Below, piece by piece: positions 62,501 through 64,000 of a stretch of DNA of 64,000 nt (within the stretch, counting starts at the first letter, position 1; each line of letters begins with the position of its first letter). The position numbers and the translations under genes were made by a program. A model generated the notes under the pieces. That model was given only the letters and a program-made list of their open reading frames with translations, did no database searches and had not been told where the DNA came from. The stretch is from Azolla caroliniana. Its lineage: Eukaryota; Plantae; Polypodiophyta. Where the stretch lies: positions 11,408,001 through 11,472,000 of the forward strand of contig JBHGNT010000017.1 in NCBI GenBank assembly GCA_043228905.1, written 5' to 3'.

Positions 62501-64000
62501 CACTTCTCCAGGTGCACATGCTTCACTGGAATAAGGTTGTCTTCTGCAAGCCTCTTCATCCCCTTCTCACTCATGTGGCACAGTCTCTTGTGCCACAGCT
62601 CACCAGCAGTGTCGGCTGCCACGTTCAACTCCTCCGGACACAACCAGGCATTCATAAGGTACAGTGTGTTGGCTTTCCGGGCCCGAGCCACTATCAGGCT
62701 CCCTTTGCTGAACTTCATGACACCGTTCCGGATGCTACCCGTGTAGCCTTCATCGTCTAGCCTCCCGGCCGAAATCAGGTTCAATCGAACCTCCGGAACG
62801 TGTCGGACATCCTTCAGCAGCATCTTGCATCCGGTTGATGTCATCAGCCACACGTCTCCTATGCCGGCAATCCGGCATGTACCTTCATTTCCCATCCGGA
62901 CACAGCCGTGCTCACCGGCTGTGTAGGATGAGAAGTATTTCTTCTCCGGGGTCAGGTGGAACGACGCTCCGGAATCGACCACCCAGGTCATCTCTTCACC
63001 GGCAAGGTTCAGCTCCCTCTCTTCGGTAATGAGCATTATCTCTTCTTCACTTGCCGCGAGTGCCGTCGTTCCTTTCCGGTCCTGCCCTCGCCGATCCGGA
63101 CCTCTCCGGTCCGTGGCTCCCCGGTATGCACCGTTTCGCTCCGGTGACTTCTTCGAATCGGTACCGTCGGTTCCGTTGTCTTTCCGGAAATGCCGACAGT
63201 TCTTCTGGAAGTGCCCCGGCTTCCCACAGTAGAAGCATGTAGGTCTTCCCCTCGACTGTGACCGTGTCCCTGACTTCTCCCGTCTTTGCGGACTCCGGTT
63301 CCGTTGTCTTCCCCTTTCCGATTCGGTAAGCAGCGCCTTCGAGTCGGAGGCCGGTTCTTTATCTCTCCGACGCGCTTCTTCATTTAGAATACTTGTCTTT
63401 ACCGTTAGTAAAGACAAGTTCTCTTCCTTACAGGAGGTGCTGAGAGTAACTACCAAGTTCTCCCAGCTCTCCGGAAGGGTACACATCAGCATGATGGCTT
63501 GCATTGCGTCATCCAACGGGAACTTGATCGCCGCAAGCTGGTTCACGAATCCCATGAATGTGCTGATGTGTTCGACCATGCTCTCGCCGTCCCGGTACTT
63601 AAGATTCACTATCTTCCTCATCAGGGAGGTCCGGGTCAGAGCATTCTTCCTCTCATACAGTCCGGACAGCTTCTGCCACATCTCATAGGCGTTCGTATCG
63701 TTCGCCACATGTTGCAGGACACTTACATCGACATATTGTCGGATCGTCGCTACGGCCTTCCGGTTCAGGAGCTTCCACTCCGACTCTATTACCCCCTTGG
63801 GTATCTCGGCATTGTCGATCGGTTCGTACAGGTCTCGGACGATGAGAAGGTCTTCCATCTTTATCTTCCAGTCGGCGTAGTTCTGTGAGTTCAACACCAT
63901 CATGCCCGGAGGCCCACTACCGCCGCCTTCCATTTTCTGTGTTACCGTCGCTCTGATACCAAATTGTCAAAAAACTGAGCTCGGCCACTACCGAGGAATA
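59225..64000 (-). mobile_element. Ty1/copia LTR retrotransposon, apparently intact (family A relative); 5' LTR runs off the window
   Basis: 3' LTR 59225-59876; PPT 59877-59887; PBS gctctgatacca 63950-63961; 5' LTR from 63965 is identical to the sequence at 59225 over the visible 36 bp. Confidence 0.97.
59887..63933 (-). CDS. Copia gag-pol polyprotein, 1348 aa, uninterrupted
   Basis: CFYCGKPGHFQKNC, WVVDSGAS, WHKRLCH..CTDC, integrase D-D-E (VHTD, RADNGGEY, AERMNR), RT YVDD, RNase H ADMLTK-like motif. Confidence 0.97.
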   Translation of the reverse strand: MEGGGSGPPGMMVLNSQNYADWKIKMEDLLIVRDLYEPIDNAEIPKGVIESEWKLLNRKAVATIRQYVDVSVLQHVANDTNAYEMWQKLSGLYERKNALTRTSLMRKIVNLKYRDGESMVEHISTFMGFVNQLAAIKFPLDDAMQAIMLMCTLPESWENLVVTLSTSCKEENLSLLTVKTSILNEEARRRDKEPASDSKALLTESERGRQRNRSPQRREKSGTRSQSRGRPTCFYCGKPGHFQKNCRHFRKDNGTDGTDSKKSPERNGAYRGATDRRGPDRRGQDRKGTTALAASEEEIMLITEERELNLAGEEMTWVVDSGASFHLTPEKKYFSSYTAGEHGCVRMGNEGTCRIAGIGDVWLMTSTGCKMLLKDVRHVPEVRLNLISAGRLDDEGYTGSIRNGVMKFSKGSLIVARARKANTLYLMNAWLCPEELNVAADTAGELWHKRLCHMSEKGMKRLAEDNLIPVKHVHLEKCTDCLAGKQNRTSFHSRPPTRRSVPLELVHTDVCQVETKSHGGAQYFVTFIDDHSRKLWTAPLKTKDQVLCVFKELHARVERESSKKLKAIRADNGGEYRGQFEEYCRSMGIRLEFTVPKTPELNGLAERMNRTIMERVRSMLAHAKLPKGFWAKAMSTATYVINRSPSVPLDGDTPQRVWTGREVSYRHLKVFGCLAYVHVAKDRRGKLDPKTRPCIFLGYGDDEFGYRVWDPVDKKIFRSRDIIFMEDKTLADWESEKKMKSSKSTGEDQLYEEQSRPARDRLALEDPAEEDETDTGTGPDPEMDSDEEETEEPVTEASERRYPLRERRAPRRFPEPEHVLLTDEGEPESFEEAKLDTHSRRWLSAMQEEMDSLHENHTYELVELPKGKRALRNKWVFKLKPGDAENPPRYKARIVVKGFQQKKGVDFDEIFAPVVKMTSIGMVLSIAASMDLEVEQMDVKTAFLHGDLEEEIYMQQPEGFEKKGKEHLACRLKKSLYGLKQAPRQWYRKFDSFMTDEGYHKTQSDHCVFVKKFEGGDFLILLLYVDDMLIVGRDQVKIWMLKKALHRTFSMKDLGPARQILGMHIIRDRKKKQLWLSQEKYVTKVLHRFNMSEARPVGSTLPANCKLSSKQSPKTKAEKEDMMKVPYASAVGSLMYAMVCTRPDIGYVVGVVSRYMSNPGKEHWNAVKWILRYLKGTSNMCLQFGSGKPELDGFTDSDMSADADTSRSTSGYVMTYARGAVSWQSRLQKTVALSTTEAEYMAAVEAGKEIIWMKDFIRELGIRQEEYRLYCDSQSTIHLAKNAAYHSRTKHIQRRYHWIRERIEDKEFVLTKIHTDENGSDMLTKVLTPDKLEACRKRIGLERHPMPK

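Noticed and set aside
59902-63888. Numerous antisense and alternate-frame ORFs over copia and gypsy pol regions
   Set aside because: Shadow ORFs of GC-rich coding sequence with no recognisable motifs.

Overview
Repeat-dense land-plant nuclear DNA. A non-seed plant such as a fern is plausible from the retroelement types but cannot be proven from the sequence. Most of the window is nested retrotransposons: three related Ty1/copia copies (9045-14726, 26227-31427, 59225->64000, the last with an intact 1348-aa ORF), several other copia elements or fragments, three Ty3/gypsy elements (one with a tRNA-Trp PBS and a tRNA-like module in its LTRs, one non-chromovirus with an extra 3' ORF, one RT-less chromovirus), two solo-LTR-type insertions, and a two-ORF LINE sitting in a (CT)n tract. 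One apparently intact host gene can be built by hand: a 7-exon, 302-aa JmjC-only (JMJD5/JMJ30-like) 2OG-Fe(II) oxygenase on the minus strand (58847-45295). The most unusual item, largely invisible in the ORF track, is a decayed, intron-containing gene (~7990-16485, split by a copia insertion). It encodes a ParB/Srx-like N-terminal domain fused to a prokaryote-type beta-class N4-cytosine/N6-adenine DNA methyltransferase with an acidic tail. All coordinates, translations and counts were derived by eye and may be off by a few bases.
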